A DNA stretch of 64,000 bases, taken from positions 73,904,001-73,968,000 of the forward strand of contig OX597823.1 in assembly GCA_951406725.2 (NCBI GenBank), written 5' to 3'. The DNA comes from Octopus vulgaris (lineage: Eukaryota). Under the pieces are notes generated by a model. It saw only the letters and a list, made by a program, of their open reading frames with translations. It did no database searches and had not been told where the DNA came from. Positions 52,257 to 64,000 of this stretch are shown one piece after another. Positions within the stretch are counted from its first letter, which is position 1. Every line of letters begins with the position of its first letter. The translations under genes and the position numbers were made by a program.

Positions 52257-52699
52257 GTGTTTTCATATGCAAACATATAGGCACATACAGATGCTTATAC
52301 AGACACACACACACATACACACACGCATATATATATATACATGCATATATACACATACATATATTCATTCACACACTCACACACACATATATGCATACAG
52401 GTGTATATTGTGTGTGTGTGTGTGTGTGTGTGTACACGCATAAATATTAAAGAATTCCTCCCAGGAGACTGTCAGGAGACAGAGCAAGTTTATAAACACA
52501 CAGTAGCCCCGGAGTTAGATGTTTTCCTTAAAGTAGAATTTCTAAATCTAAATCAGGAGAATGCTTTTATCTAAAATGTTTTAAAAGTTTGATAGTGCGC
52601 TAGATTGATCAATAGATAGATTGGAAGCAAGTTGTGGAATATTAATAGGATTAGCCTGTGGTCTTTGTATTCTTTAAGGAAAATATTTTTAATTCCTTC

Positions 52700-52990
52700 G
52701 TAATCTTCGTAGAGGTCTTTTTGTTTGCTTGCTTTTAGGTTTACTTGTTTTGTAAACTTAATACTTTAAAAATTGTAGACGTATGTATATGAAAATTGAA
52801 ATGTGCATTATTTTGTTGGGAAGAATTTTGTAAAGTGCACAGCACGCACAGTTCCAGATGGACAGTAAATCTGGCGTTAAAAGTTCTAACAGAGTGTTTT
52901 GAAATAACCAAACACTTTAGAAACTGATAAATAATGATGTGGGTACAAGAAAGCTCTTTGACTGAGGGTAGCACGAAATTATATTCTGTA
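52700..52990 (-). pseudogene. Possible second decayed Penelope GIY-YIG fragment
   Basis: LPSVKELSCTHIIIYQF...RTFNARFTVH resembles the PLE pattern KD..VIYQF.C...RTL..R..EH. Confidence 0.3.
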
Positions 52991-53219
52991 TACTTTGTGG
53001 CTTAACCAGAAAGGAGAAGGCCTTTGCCGAGCCTCCAAGACAGGTGTGAGGAAATAGAATACTCCACCCTTAATTTAAGGGTTATCGTCTAACCGAAGAC
53101 TTAACCCAAATGTTCTCTAGAAGACGATACTGCTAAAAAGCGTGATGGATTAGTTCTACAACTTTAATATGTTTTCAACAATAAACCCTGTCTCATTGAG
53201 ATCCTTCCCGAGTAATATT

Positions 53220-53432
53220 GACTCATAGGGCCGGTTTTCCGGTTTCTGTGGCGCATATACTTCTGCCGGACGGGACGCCAGTCCGTCGCAGAAATACTCA
53301 CTTTTGCTAGCTAAATGGACTGGAGCAATGTGAAATGAAAGGTTTTGCTCAAGAGTATAATGCGTCGTCCGGTCCAGAAACACTAAACCAATCATGAGTC
53401 CAATACCCTAACCACTAAGCTACGTGCCTCCA
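53220..53432 (-). mobile_element. tRNA-derived SINE related to family D
   Basis: Minus-strand head ggaggcacgtagcttagtggttagg. 3' part is shared with family D. Confidence 0.65.
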
Positions 53433-55010
53433 ATGTGGCAGTGTTTTTGTTCTTAACATTTATACCATTGTTTAGGATGATGCAATTTTTTTCCGGTAGT
53501 CCAAATATGAATTCAACAACGAAAGTTCTAAAATCGTCAATATTGCAATGCTACCTCTGTTTCTAAAAGCTGAGCTATTCTTCAACACCTATATGTTGAA
53601 GAATGTCTGAGGTCAAAACATCATTTTGGCCTCAGACATAACGTAGTGCTGGTTATTAAGTACAAACCAGATGATCAAAGATCACTTCAATAAACATGGG
53701 TGAGTCAAACGGTTAAAGCTCTCTTCGATTACGATCGAAAGATTTTTGTTTGTAATAGAGTGATACAGTTTAATGGAGGTCCAAAATGCTCTACAGATTA
53801 TCTATTTGCGATAAGTTTTCCGAGATAAGAGAACAGTAATCTTATGCAGAGCACATTTTGTGTATACAGTTAGCAAGTGTTCTGCACTAAAATCAGTTAT
53901 AATTGTACCAAGAAGTTTAGACTTGTGGCTACTTGAATTATGCGTTTTCGTTTGCAAAAGTCACCAGGAGTAGTAAGACGGGGTTAGTATGTTAGTTTTT
54001 CTCATGTACTGTAACTATTTGCTTTAGTAATTACAGAAAATAATTTCAGGGTGTGTTTTGCCTTCATTTGAAAACGCTTTCAACTAAGCGTTGCCACACT
54101 TGAAATAAAAAATAGATATGTGATAAAGTGTCTGTTGCTGGTCAGCTGTTTTAATAATTATAGAGTTAAGTAGGTGAAAGCATACTTAATGATTAAAACA
54201 CAGATTAATTAAAGTTTAAGTTTGTTGAGCGATTGGCTTCTAAATATTACGGTAAGTTAAAGTGGTGAGCTGGCCAACTCTCACCAACATAAATGTTCAA
54301 TTTTCATGTATGCCAACAAGGTTAATTACCCACTTTGCACCTACCAGAAGTAGTAGTCGAATATCTCTCAAATCACTCCTTACAGTCAACAATACATTGG
54401 AAAAATGTATCCTTGATATACAAAAATATCATGCGATTATGGTTAGAAAAATTTAGACTGAATAGTTCTGCTTGATCAAGGTTAGCCTAAGGTTAAAAAG
54501 CACAACACCTAATTATCATCCGGTTTACAAATTTCATGTCTTTGAAACTATAATAGCTTTGGAATCAATCCCACTACACAGCATCTTGGACAAGTACTAT
54601 ATACTAAAGACTTGAGACAACAAAAACCTTGACGATCAAACCCTTATCCTGCAACACCAACAGTGATTTTGTTCATTGTATAAGCCCTTCGATTTTCATT
54701 GATCAATTGTGGTGATCAGATAATAATGTCCCGGAAGTAGATCTGAGACGCACAACAGTAGGTCAAGCACGCTATTAATTGTGAAGGAACTACTATTACA
54801 TTAGTGGACAGAGCTTATCTACTGAACAAAAATCATCGCTCTGTTGCAGGTGTTGCAAGATAAGGTCAGTGGTTTATTTTGCTGTACATGGTGTGGTTCT
54901 TCACGTTGTAGATAGAAAAATACTCATGCTAGGTATTTATTTATATAAAGGACAGAATCTCGATTCTCGTGTTTTAATATTAGTGGATTTATTAGTGAAA
55001 TAGTGAACTA

Positions 55011-55270
55011 GTTTCGATTCCCAGACCGGGCGTTGTGTGTGTTTATTGAACGAAAACACCTCAAGCTGCACGAGGCTCCGGCAGGGGGGTGGGAGCGGCG
55101 ACCCCTGTTGTACTCTTTCACCCCAAATTTCTCTCATTCTTTCTTCCTGTTTCTTGAGCAACGCTGCGATGGATTGGCGTCCCGTCAAGCTGGGGGGAAC
55201 ACAAGTGCCATAGAAACCGGGAAACCGGGCCCATGAGCCTGGCCAAGCTTGAAAAAGGCGCATAAATAAA
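55011..55270 (+). mobile_element. 5'-truncated SINE D
   Basis: Reverse complement of 60490-60735. Confidence 0.75.
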
Positions 55271-56220
55271 TAATAAAATATATATATGTATACATACATA
55301 CAGACACCTATACCTACTACTCCCTGCCTGTTTCACTAGCTATACACCTGTCTGCTCTTTCCAACCAGCCAGCCAGCCTCTCACTGTGTACAAGTAATTC
55401 TGTATCTGTTCACCCTTATCTTTAACATCTGCCTATATTCAGGTACAAAAGTATCTTCTCATTCTATCTTTCTTCGTTTCTTAGTTTCTTAATTTCTTCC
55501 ATTTTTCACTTTCTTCTGTTCTTCGTATTATTTCCTCCTCCTCGTTTTTCCGTTTTTGTTTTTGATTTTGCTCAAAACGTCCACTAAGCGAAAGGACCAT
55601 TTATCCGGATGAATATTTGAATTAATTATTTCAAATGAAAACAAACAATACGATTGGTTAAAATTCGCAGATTTAATCTACGTTTAAAGTTATAAAATAC
55701 ATTTTTCTCAAATAAACAAGTTGAAATTAGTGTTTTCTTTTGAGACACTCTACCACTATACGAAGTTTCAAATTATTTAGTTAACTAGAAAAATCTGACA
55801 ATCAGGCCTTGAAAATGAAAAGATCCACTTCATATACCACTGTTATTATTGTTATCTGTCAGACCTTCTGTAATGACTTGCGCCACCTCAAATGGTGAGA
55901 AAAAAGCTTAGGATACGATACTACATATGAAGTTAATGACTGTTTTATACAACTTTACACAATGAAACGAAACAAACTGCAGACATACGGCTTAAGTACT
56001 AACTATATAATGCGTGTGCCTTTTTGTAGATGCATATATACACACACATACAAACATTGACAGATATATCTGTGGGATACTCAGCCACTTACAAGCTAAT
56101 TTAATGGGGGTGGTGGTACAGTTGTTTGAGCAACAGACAACTCATCGTCGAAACGAACGCAGATCCATTTACACATATATGCATATGATTGTTTAAATAC
56201 ATATAGGCATTCATGCATGC

Positions 56221-56223
<3 letters not shown>

Positions 56224-56276
<53 letters not shown>

Positions 56277-56697
56277 GTATATGTATATATATATATGTAT
56301 ATATATATGTATATATATATTTATATATATATATATGTATATATTTATATATATATATATATATATATATTTATAATATATATAATATATATATATATAT
56401 ATGTATATATATATGTATATATATTATATATATATATATATGTATATATATATTTATATATATATGTATATATATATTTATAATATATATAATATATATA
56501 TATACATATATATATATATGTGTATGTATATATTTATATATATATGTATATATATATTATAATATATATAATATATATATATATATAAGTGTATATATAT
56601 ATTTATATATATATATATGTATATATATATTTATAATATATATATATATATATATATATGTGTATATATATATATTATATATATATATATGTATATA

Positions 56698-56748
<51 letters not shown>

Positions 56749-56775
56749 TATAAATATATATATATATATATATAT

Positions 56776-56870
<95 letters not shown>
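56224..56870. repeat. ~650-bp degenerate (TA)n tract
   Basis: Read directly. Confidence 0.97.
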
Positions 56871-56874
<4 letters not shown>

Positions 56875-56988
56875 GCGGATTGAAGTAAGTGCGCCCTTCT
56901 AAGTAACGTTATTACGCCCTTTTCTCCTAGAAATGTATTCCCCTCTGACCTTGTACCCTTCCTTCGAAAAATTCCTGGGACCGCTCCT
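56871..56988. mobile_element. Small MITE (PIF/Harbinger-like termini)
   Basis: aggggcggatt...ggaccgctcct, inside TA repeats. Confidence 0.45.
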
Positions 56989-57000
56989 GATATATATATT

Positions 57001-57210
57001 CTTTTATTCCGTTATTTGTTTTAGTCATCTGACTGTGGTCATGCCGGAGCATCGCCTTGAATGATGCCAGTCGAACAACTCGACCACAGGACTTATTATT
57101 TTTAAGCCTGGTACTTATTCAACCGGACCCCTCGCCGGAACACCAAGCTACGGGAACGCAAACACACCAACATTGGTTGTCAAACTGTGATGAGGGACAA
57201 GTACAAACAC

Positions 57211-57251
<41 letters not shown>

Positions 57252-57561
57252 GGACTTCTTTCAGTTTCCGTCTGCCAGATCCTCTCATAAAGCTTTGGTC
57301 GGCCCGATGCTACAGTGGAAGACACTTGTCCAAGGTGTCACGCAGTGGGACTGAACCCGGAACCATGTGGTTGGGAAGCAAGCTTCTTACTACACACACA
57401 CACACACACACACATACAGTGGGCTTCTTTCAGTTTCCGTCTGCCAGATCCACTCATAAAGCATTGGTCGGTCGCATGCTACAGTAGAAGACACTTGCCG
57501 AACGTGTCACGCAGTGGGACTGAACTCGGAACCATGTGGTTGGGAATCAAGCTTCTTACAA
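57001..57561 (-). mobile_element. SINE B with tandemly duplicated head region
   Basis: 57249-57392 and 57418-57561 are direct copies, each next to a (CA)n tract. Confidence 0.8.
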
Positions 57562-58003
57562 CACACACACACACACACCCACCCAAAACACACACACCCA
57601 CCCGTCCACACCCATACACACATACCCCCCTCCCGAAATATATATATATTCAATATACGATTATGCATCGAAATAGATGTTGATATTAATATTGATAAAA
57701 AAATAAATAAAAACGAATATGAAATACGAAATTCTTTTGCCATTGATCGATATTTTGTGTAATATTACAAAGATGCTGCGCCAGAGTTGGTTAATAATTC
57801 TTGATATCAGGAATATATCTCTTTTTCCGAATGATTGTATAACCAGTGTGACCTATTAGACTCTTCTTGTCTTAAACAGAATTAATATTCTGATATATAT
57901 GAGTATCTTGCTGTAGCAGTTGAAGAGGGTACATACGAAACAATCACCAAATACACATACATACACACAAACATACACATATATACATACATACATATAT
58001 ACA

Positions 58004-58037
<34 letters not shown>

Positions 58038-58171
58038 CATAGGTACATGTAAATTTGCGTACACACATATATACGTACGTATATACATATATATATTGCG
58101 TAATTACATACATAAATACAGACATACATACATACATACATGCTTTACATACATGTACATACACGCACATG

Positions 58172-58248
<77 letters not shown>

Positions 58249-58295
58249 ATATTTTTATATATATGTATATATACATGTACATATACATATATATG

Positions 58296-58365
<70 letters not shown>

Positions 58366-58569
58366 CACACATAAATACATTTATACAGACATAAATACAT
58401 TTATATATGCGCATGCCTATACATTCATATACGCGTGCATACATATATCTACATCGTGTGATTCGTATTTAAATTGCGTAACATATAACCAGTATTTAGA
58501 GCTCCGTGGACATTCCTATACACCAAAGGAGAAAACTGCGAGAACCCATTTAATAATCCAAGGGTCCTT

Positions 58570-58790
58570 TCATTGGTCCGCATAGTTATAAAGAGCACAT
58601 CGATGGTCAAAGAATTCAGAATGGGTCAGGTGCGTTTGGCTATGTTGATGTTACCAATTGCAAGGTTTCCAATTCGTGCTGGACGCAAATGGAAGGCAGA
58701 CGAAATTGCGGTCGAAGCCGTGGCACGAAATGGAAGATTTTGGATGCAGTGCAAACTAACAGGAAATGGATGGGTTTTCTGCCTATGAAG
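58570..58790 (+). pseudogene. Hero-like (RLE-type) non-LTR retrotransposon fragment
   Basis: SMVKEFRMGQVRLAML...IRAGRKWKADE resembles the Hero post-RT motif SL.EEFK..K.R...IRTGRKW.A..AV. Confidence 0.5.
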
Positions 58791-59109
58791 ATGTTGTTTA
58801 GTTCGCAAAGTAAGAATGGCAGGTGGACTGTCTGGGTGATGGAAAAGAATGGTAGGTGTCAGTAGCGTAGCTAGAGTGTATGCCGCCCGTAGCAGCCCTT
58901 CCATTTGCCGCCTCGAGCCCCACAAAAAACCACATACTGCCTACTGCAGACCCCCAAATACCACTCCTTTAAAAGTGCTGCTCGGTGCAGACCGTCCCCT
59001 CCACTAGCGTAGCTAGTGGTAGGTCTGCTAAGACAGCCTAGCACAGCTGTGCCTTCAGTGGATATGCATACAAAGGGAAGAAGTAGATAAAGAGACCATC
59101 TCATCATAT

Positions 59110-59418
59110 ATCCTCGGATCGATCAAATCCTTGTGAGTGGATTTAGAAACTGAAAGAAGACTGTCGTATGTATATAGGTATATATCTATGCGTGTGTCTT
59201 TATGTCTGTGTTTGCCTCCCACCCCACACACATACTGCTTGACAACCTGTGTTAGTGTGTTTATGTCTGCGTAACTTAGCGGTGTAGCTAAAAGAAGCTG
59301 ATAGAATAGGTACCAGGCTGAAAAAGTGTCCTTGGGTGAATTTGTTCGACTAAAACCCTTCAAGGCGGTGCCCCAGTATGGCTGCAGTCTAATGACTGAA
59401 ACAAGAAAAAGATAAAAG
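59110..59418 (+). mobile_element. Older 5'-truncated SINE B
   Basis: ccttgtgagtggattt...gactgaaacaag. Confidence 0.75.
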
Positions 59419-60476
59419 ATGTAATAGAATAGGTTTACAACGCAATTAAGTATATTCAAGACAATTGTTTCGATATAAACTAAGAGAAGGCTATTGAACT
59501 AATTTGCACGTACTCCTGGACTCACGGACATATTCAGCTAAGTATGTCCATGATCCAAGTTGACATTGATACAGAAGTGTTAACTTAGTGGTTAACAGCA
59601 ACTAACGTAGGGTTTTGAACGTTTTGAGCGCATTCTAATGATATATACTGATATATACTGACGTTTCTCATTTAGGGGTTGGGTAGACAAGCCATCATTT
59701 TTGATAATACGGATATTCAAGAAACGAAATTATAATAACCTGTCTTAGAACTCATTCATTATTGCATTGGACTACTTAGAAAAACATGACCAGAGAGAAA
59801 TTCAATAGCTAGAAGAAAATGTTCCATTTTTCTCTTAACCAATTTACTTTCTTTTGTCAATAATCGCATTTATCATTGGTTTAAGTTGATAGAGGCTTTC
59901 GTTTGTAATCAAGGCAACTACTTTAAGCTATTTACAGAAATATAACTGTTATATGAAATATGTTTTAATAATAAGAGATTTTGTTTGCTAACACAATATT
60001 TATACACACACACACACACTCAGGAATTTAACCAGATGAAATATTTACAAAATAGGAGTCACTTTTATTTAATTCAATCAATGTGTAAACACGAACGTTG
60101 CTCTAAGACATCGGAATTACTGTATAGATACAGAGGTATGTTATTGAGCCGTCAAGTGCTTACGTAGATCGATGATACGATAACCGTTGAAATAATTTAT
60201 CTATTTTTCCTGATTCCATTGCAATCATAATCTAAGAATAATAAAAATAAAAATAATGCCAATAATATTTTTTCTAACCGACGTATTCAGTATATATTCT
60301 TCAGATACATTACGCCCTATTTGGAATCATTCAAGCACCAAAAACTGAGTAGCAACCATTGGGCTCAATCCACAGCCTTTAATGCACTGGATATGCTTTT
60401 TTTTTTCCAAACTCGGGAAGCTTGGTAAAGTGACCGGGAGTCATAAATTTATTCGATGAAAGAATCTGGGTTGTTG

Positions 60477-60793
60477 GTTTGTTCCTTCTCGAAGAAGAAT
60501 GAGGAACATAGGGTTCATAGGGGCCGGTTTCCCGATTTCCTTGGCGTATAGGTTTCCCACCCGGACGGGACGGGACGCCGGTCCGTCGCAGGTGAGCTGC
60601 AAGATGCAGGAGGAAAGAATGAGTGAAAGTTGTGGCGAAAGAGTCAGCAGAAGTTCGCCATTACCTTCTGCTGGAGCCGCGTGGAGCTTAGGTGTTTTGC
60701 TCATAAACTCACACCTCTCCCGGTCTGAGATTCGGACCCGCGATCTCGCGACCGCGAGTCCGCTGCTCTAACTACTAGGCCATGCGCCTCCAC
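60477..60793 (-). mobile_element. tRNA-derived SINE family D, full length
   Basis: Minus-strand head ggaggcgcatggcctagtagttagagc...gggtccgaatctc. TSD aagaatctgggt. Confidence 0.85.
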
Positions 60794-60996
60794 AAAGAAT
60801 CTGGGTGAGAATTGTTGATGTCTAACTTCAAATTAGAGAAAACAGTGGGAGATCATTTGCTCACGATTTTGCTGTTCGTCTTAATGACGATGAACATTGA
60901 GCTCGGCAACCTCTAAAGGGGAACTGATCTTCTGTAACGGTGTTGTTGAAGAAGCTGAAACCTCTCTAACCAACAAGTTTCGATGTAGCGAATATA

Positions 60997-61412
60997 CCTA
61001 TTTCTTTACTACCCACAAGGGGCTAAACACAGAGAGGACAAACTAGGACAGACAAACGGATTAAGTCGATTATATCGACCCCAGTGCATAAATGGTACTT
61101 ATTTAATCGACCCCGAAAGGATGAAAGGCAAAGTCGACCTCGGCGGAATTTGAACTCAGAACGTAGCGGCAAACGAAATACCTATTTCTTTACTACCCAC
61201 AAGGGGTTAAACACAGAGAGGACAAACAAGGACAGACAAACGGATTAAGTCGATTATATCGACCCCAGTGCTAACTGGTACTTATTTAATCGACCCCGAA
61301 AGGATGAAAGGCAAAGTCGACCTCGGCGGAATTTGAACTCAGAACGTAGCGGCAGACGAAATGCTGCTAAGCATTTCGCCCGGTATGATAACGATTCTGC
61401 CAGCTCGCCGCC
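60997..61412 (-). mobile_element. SINE A partial dimer within one TSD
   Basis: Full copy 61181-61412 plus 3' portion 60997-61180. Flanks ttt(c)gatgtagcgaatatacc on both sides. Confidence 0.88.
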
Positions 61413-62011
61413 TTTGATGTAGCGAATATACCGGGAGAATAACAGTCACTGATTATATATTCGTTGATGATTCTATCCTTATAGATAAAACATGAAATAC
61501 GCTCTTGTCACATATGAAAAAATGCCTATAATTTGTAGCTCTGAGTATGGGTTAAATTGGAACTTATTGATGCAGTTTATTGTAGGTATTTTTTTTTATA
61601 CGAAGGGAGAAGATATTGGAATTCATAGGCACATACATACTTTGTGTATATAAACTAATCCACTTGGAATATTCATTGATGTGTGTGTTTTGTTTTAAAG
61701 ATGCATTTCGCTACAAGAACCCTAATCCTGTCTTGTTCATATAATATAATATATTTTCGATTACTTTACATGGTTTGAGTTCTGTTTCATTCAGTTATTC
61801 CATGGAACATTAAATTACATTGCTCCAAGCCTTTCATTTGGTAAGCTCTTTATTAGATCACCTCCGCCTGAAAATATATATTCTTGTTACGTTTTGAGAA
61901 ATATTTAAACTATATATCACTCAGTCTAGTGTAATTCAGAACTTGTAGATGTGCTTTACTATAGCTTTTTTTTTTCTTTTTTCGTGCAAAGAGAAGTAAT
62001 TCGAATTCATA

Positions 62012-62092
62012 GATATTTCAGCTTAGCGCAATAATCTAAATATTTCAGCTTAGCGCAATAATCTAGATATTTCAGCTTAGCGCAATAATCTA
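62012..62092. repeat. 27-bp tandem repeat x3
   Basis: atatttcagcttagcgcaataatcta(a/g). Confidence 0.92.
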
Positions 62093-62879
62093 GGGTTACT
62101 CCAATATTAGCGAGTGTTTCAATAGCTAGTCGGTAGATCCAAACCAGCGAGAGTTATTCTTCAGCTAAGCAGTCTGCTAATCGAAATTTTCAACTGTAAC
62201 AGCGCCTCACTCATCTACATTAAAAAAAAAAAAATTTAATCAATTCCATATGCTGCGTCTATGCATTTGTTTTGCAAGATTCCTGATGGGAAACCACGTG
62301 TTGAGACAGATATTGTTCTATCTCGAGATGGTCATTTTGCTTTTCTTTTTTTTTTTGTTTTTGCCAAATAACCATACGCACTCTATACTCATTCTTCACT
62401 TCAGCTCTATCATTATTCTTATTTTAATGTCCTTGTCTAAAATCTTTCGTCACGAATCCTGTGACCTCTTCAGCGACTCTCCATCCCACGTGTCTCCTCC
62501 TGACCATCCAATTTCCCATGCTTTCAACAACAGAAATTTCGATTTCGCTCCAAAATACACCCATTTAAATATCTTTAATTTTTTCCCGATTTTTAAATTT
62601 ATTTTTTGGTGGGGTGTTGTGGGGGGAAATACAGAGATTACGATTCTGTTCTGGGGTAAATTTTTCTGGAGAATAATTTTTAAGATTTCAAATTTTTTAA
62701 TCAAAATTTTGAAATGCTGCTTTGGCGGATACAGTCGTAATCTCTGTTGATGAAAACATAGGATTCCATAAGTATTGTTCGATAACCATTAATATTGATT
62801 TCATATTTTTGTACAAGGCCAGCAATTTCGGTGGAGTGGGTAATTAGCTATACCGTGAACACCAAAAGTAGAAAAGTTG

Positions 62880-63175
62880 CCTGATTTTCAAAGACAGCGT
62901 ATTGTGGGTCCATCTCAGAGCGGGCTCAGTTAGAATAAGATTGTATAAAACCTTGGAATTTCTCTTACCGAAGTCAACAGAATGATTGAACAATTCGCCA
63001 GCAAAGGAAAAGACTCAAGGACATCTTGCTCAGGTAGACGCGAGCCCTCCGATATATGTTTTCGGGCCGTCAAGCGGATTGCTGAAAATAATTCTCGCTC
63101 TAAGTCAGATGCTGCTGCAATGCAACGCCAAATAAGATGGATTATTTCTATGAGGTATCTTCATCAACTTAGCTA
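62880..63175 (+). pseudogene. Tc1 transposase N-terminal fragment
   Basis: NLGISLTEVNRMIEQFASKGK..SGR..RAVKRIAENNSR, paralogous to the 5' part of the 50019-51226 element. Confidence 0.55.
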
Positions 63176-63200
63176 TTGAAATGAAAACAAGGCATACTTT

Positions 63201-63995
63201 CGATAGCTGTACACGAAAAGTGAAAGTCCTTCTTCGGCAATTTCCGTAATTTTTTTTTTATTTCTTTAATTTTCTAAACTGCTTGTGTTTAAGCTTTTTG
63301 TGTTAATATGTATGTGTTTATGTGTGTATAAAAGTACTGCATATATATGAGTATTTGTGTATGTGTATACAAAATATATATGTATATACATATACAAAAT
63401 ATTATCCGAAAAATATAGTATTATATATCCATCACGGCTGATCTTATCAATCGGTTTCGCGCAAGGAATACAATGGATGTTAGGTAATAATCCGATTAAA
63501 TAAATTTACGCTCATCAGAGTTAGCAGATATGGAAGAGAATATGGCGATTGCTCCGCCAGAGCAATCGCCATATTCCCTTCCATATTGGCCAGAGTGGTC
63601 GCCATATTTCCTTTCATATCGGCTAACTCTGATAAGCATAAGGTTTTATAATCGGATTGTTACCTAACACTCCATTGTATTCCTTGCGCGAAACCGACTG
63701 GTAAGATAAGTCACGATGGATATATAATACCGTACTTGTCGGATAATACACCCACTTTATTGAAAGATACATGTGTGCATCTCTTCGTTGACTTATAGTC
63801 TCTTAGATGACTCATGTGCACATACAAATATACATACATGCACATAAACACAAACCTATACTTACACGCACATAAACACATACATATATACACGAAAAAG
63901 TACATAAACACAAGCGGTTCAGAAAATTAAAGAAATAAATGTTTTCTACGGAAATTGCCGAAGAAAGGCTTTCACTTTTTCACGTCCAGCTATCA
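63201..63995. mobile_element. ~800-bp foldback element with a hammerhead motif in each arm
   Basis: gatagctg...cttcttcggcaatttccgta is inverted at tacggaaattgccgaagaa...cagctatc. Central hairpin atggcgattgctc / gagcaatcgccat. CTGATGA at 63518-63512(-), CTGATAA at 63629(+). Confidence 0.8.
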
Positions 63996-64000
63996 AAAGA

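Overview
AT-rich, repeat-dense animal genomic DNA. The tRNA-derived SINE families, (TA)n/(TATG)n/(CA)n tracts and very large introns point to an octopus or other coleoid cephalopod (inference). The only host gene I can support is the 3' end of SF3A3 (U2 snRNP splicing factor 3A subunit 3, Prp9 homologue), read as three + strand exons (3843-3933, 19246-19301, 25941-26018) separated by 15.3 and 6.6 kb introns. The rest is transposon-derived: at least 5 SINE families, non-autonomous Helitrons, hAT/Merlin/mariner MITEs, deleted Tc1/mariner copies, CR1, RTE and Hero-like LINE fragments, and a decayed Penelope-like element. Nearly all ORF-track entries are microsatellite or SINE artefacts. The most unusual signal is about ten minimal type I hammerhead-ribozyme-like motifs from several unrelated short repeat families, many at the pivot of foldback palindromes. 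Their cores covary at the 3-8 tertiary pair (CUGAUGA, UUGAAAA, GUGAACA), and one is fused to a tRNA-like Pol III head. All calls are by eye; no alignment, folding or database search was run.
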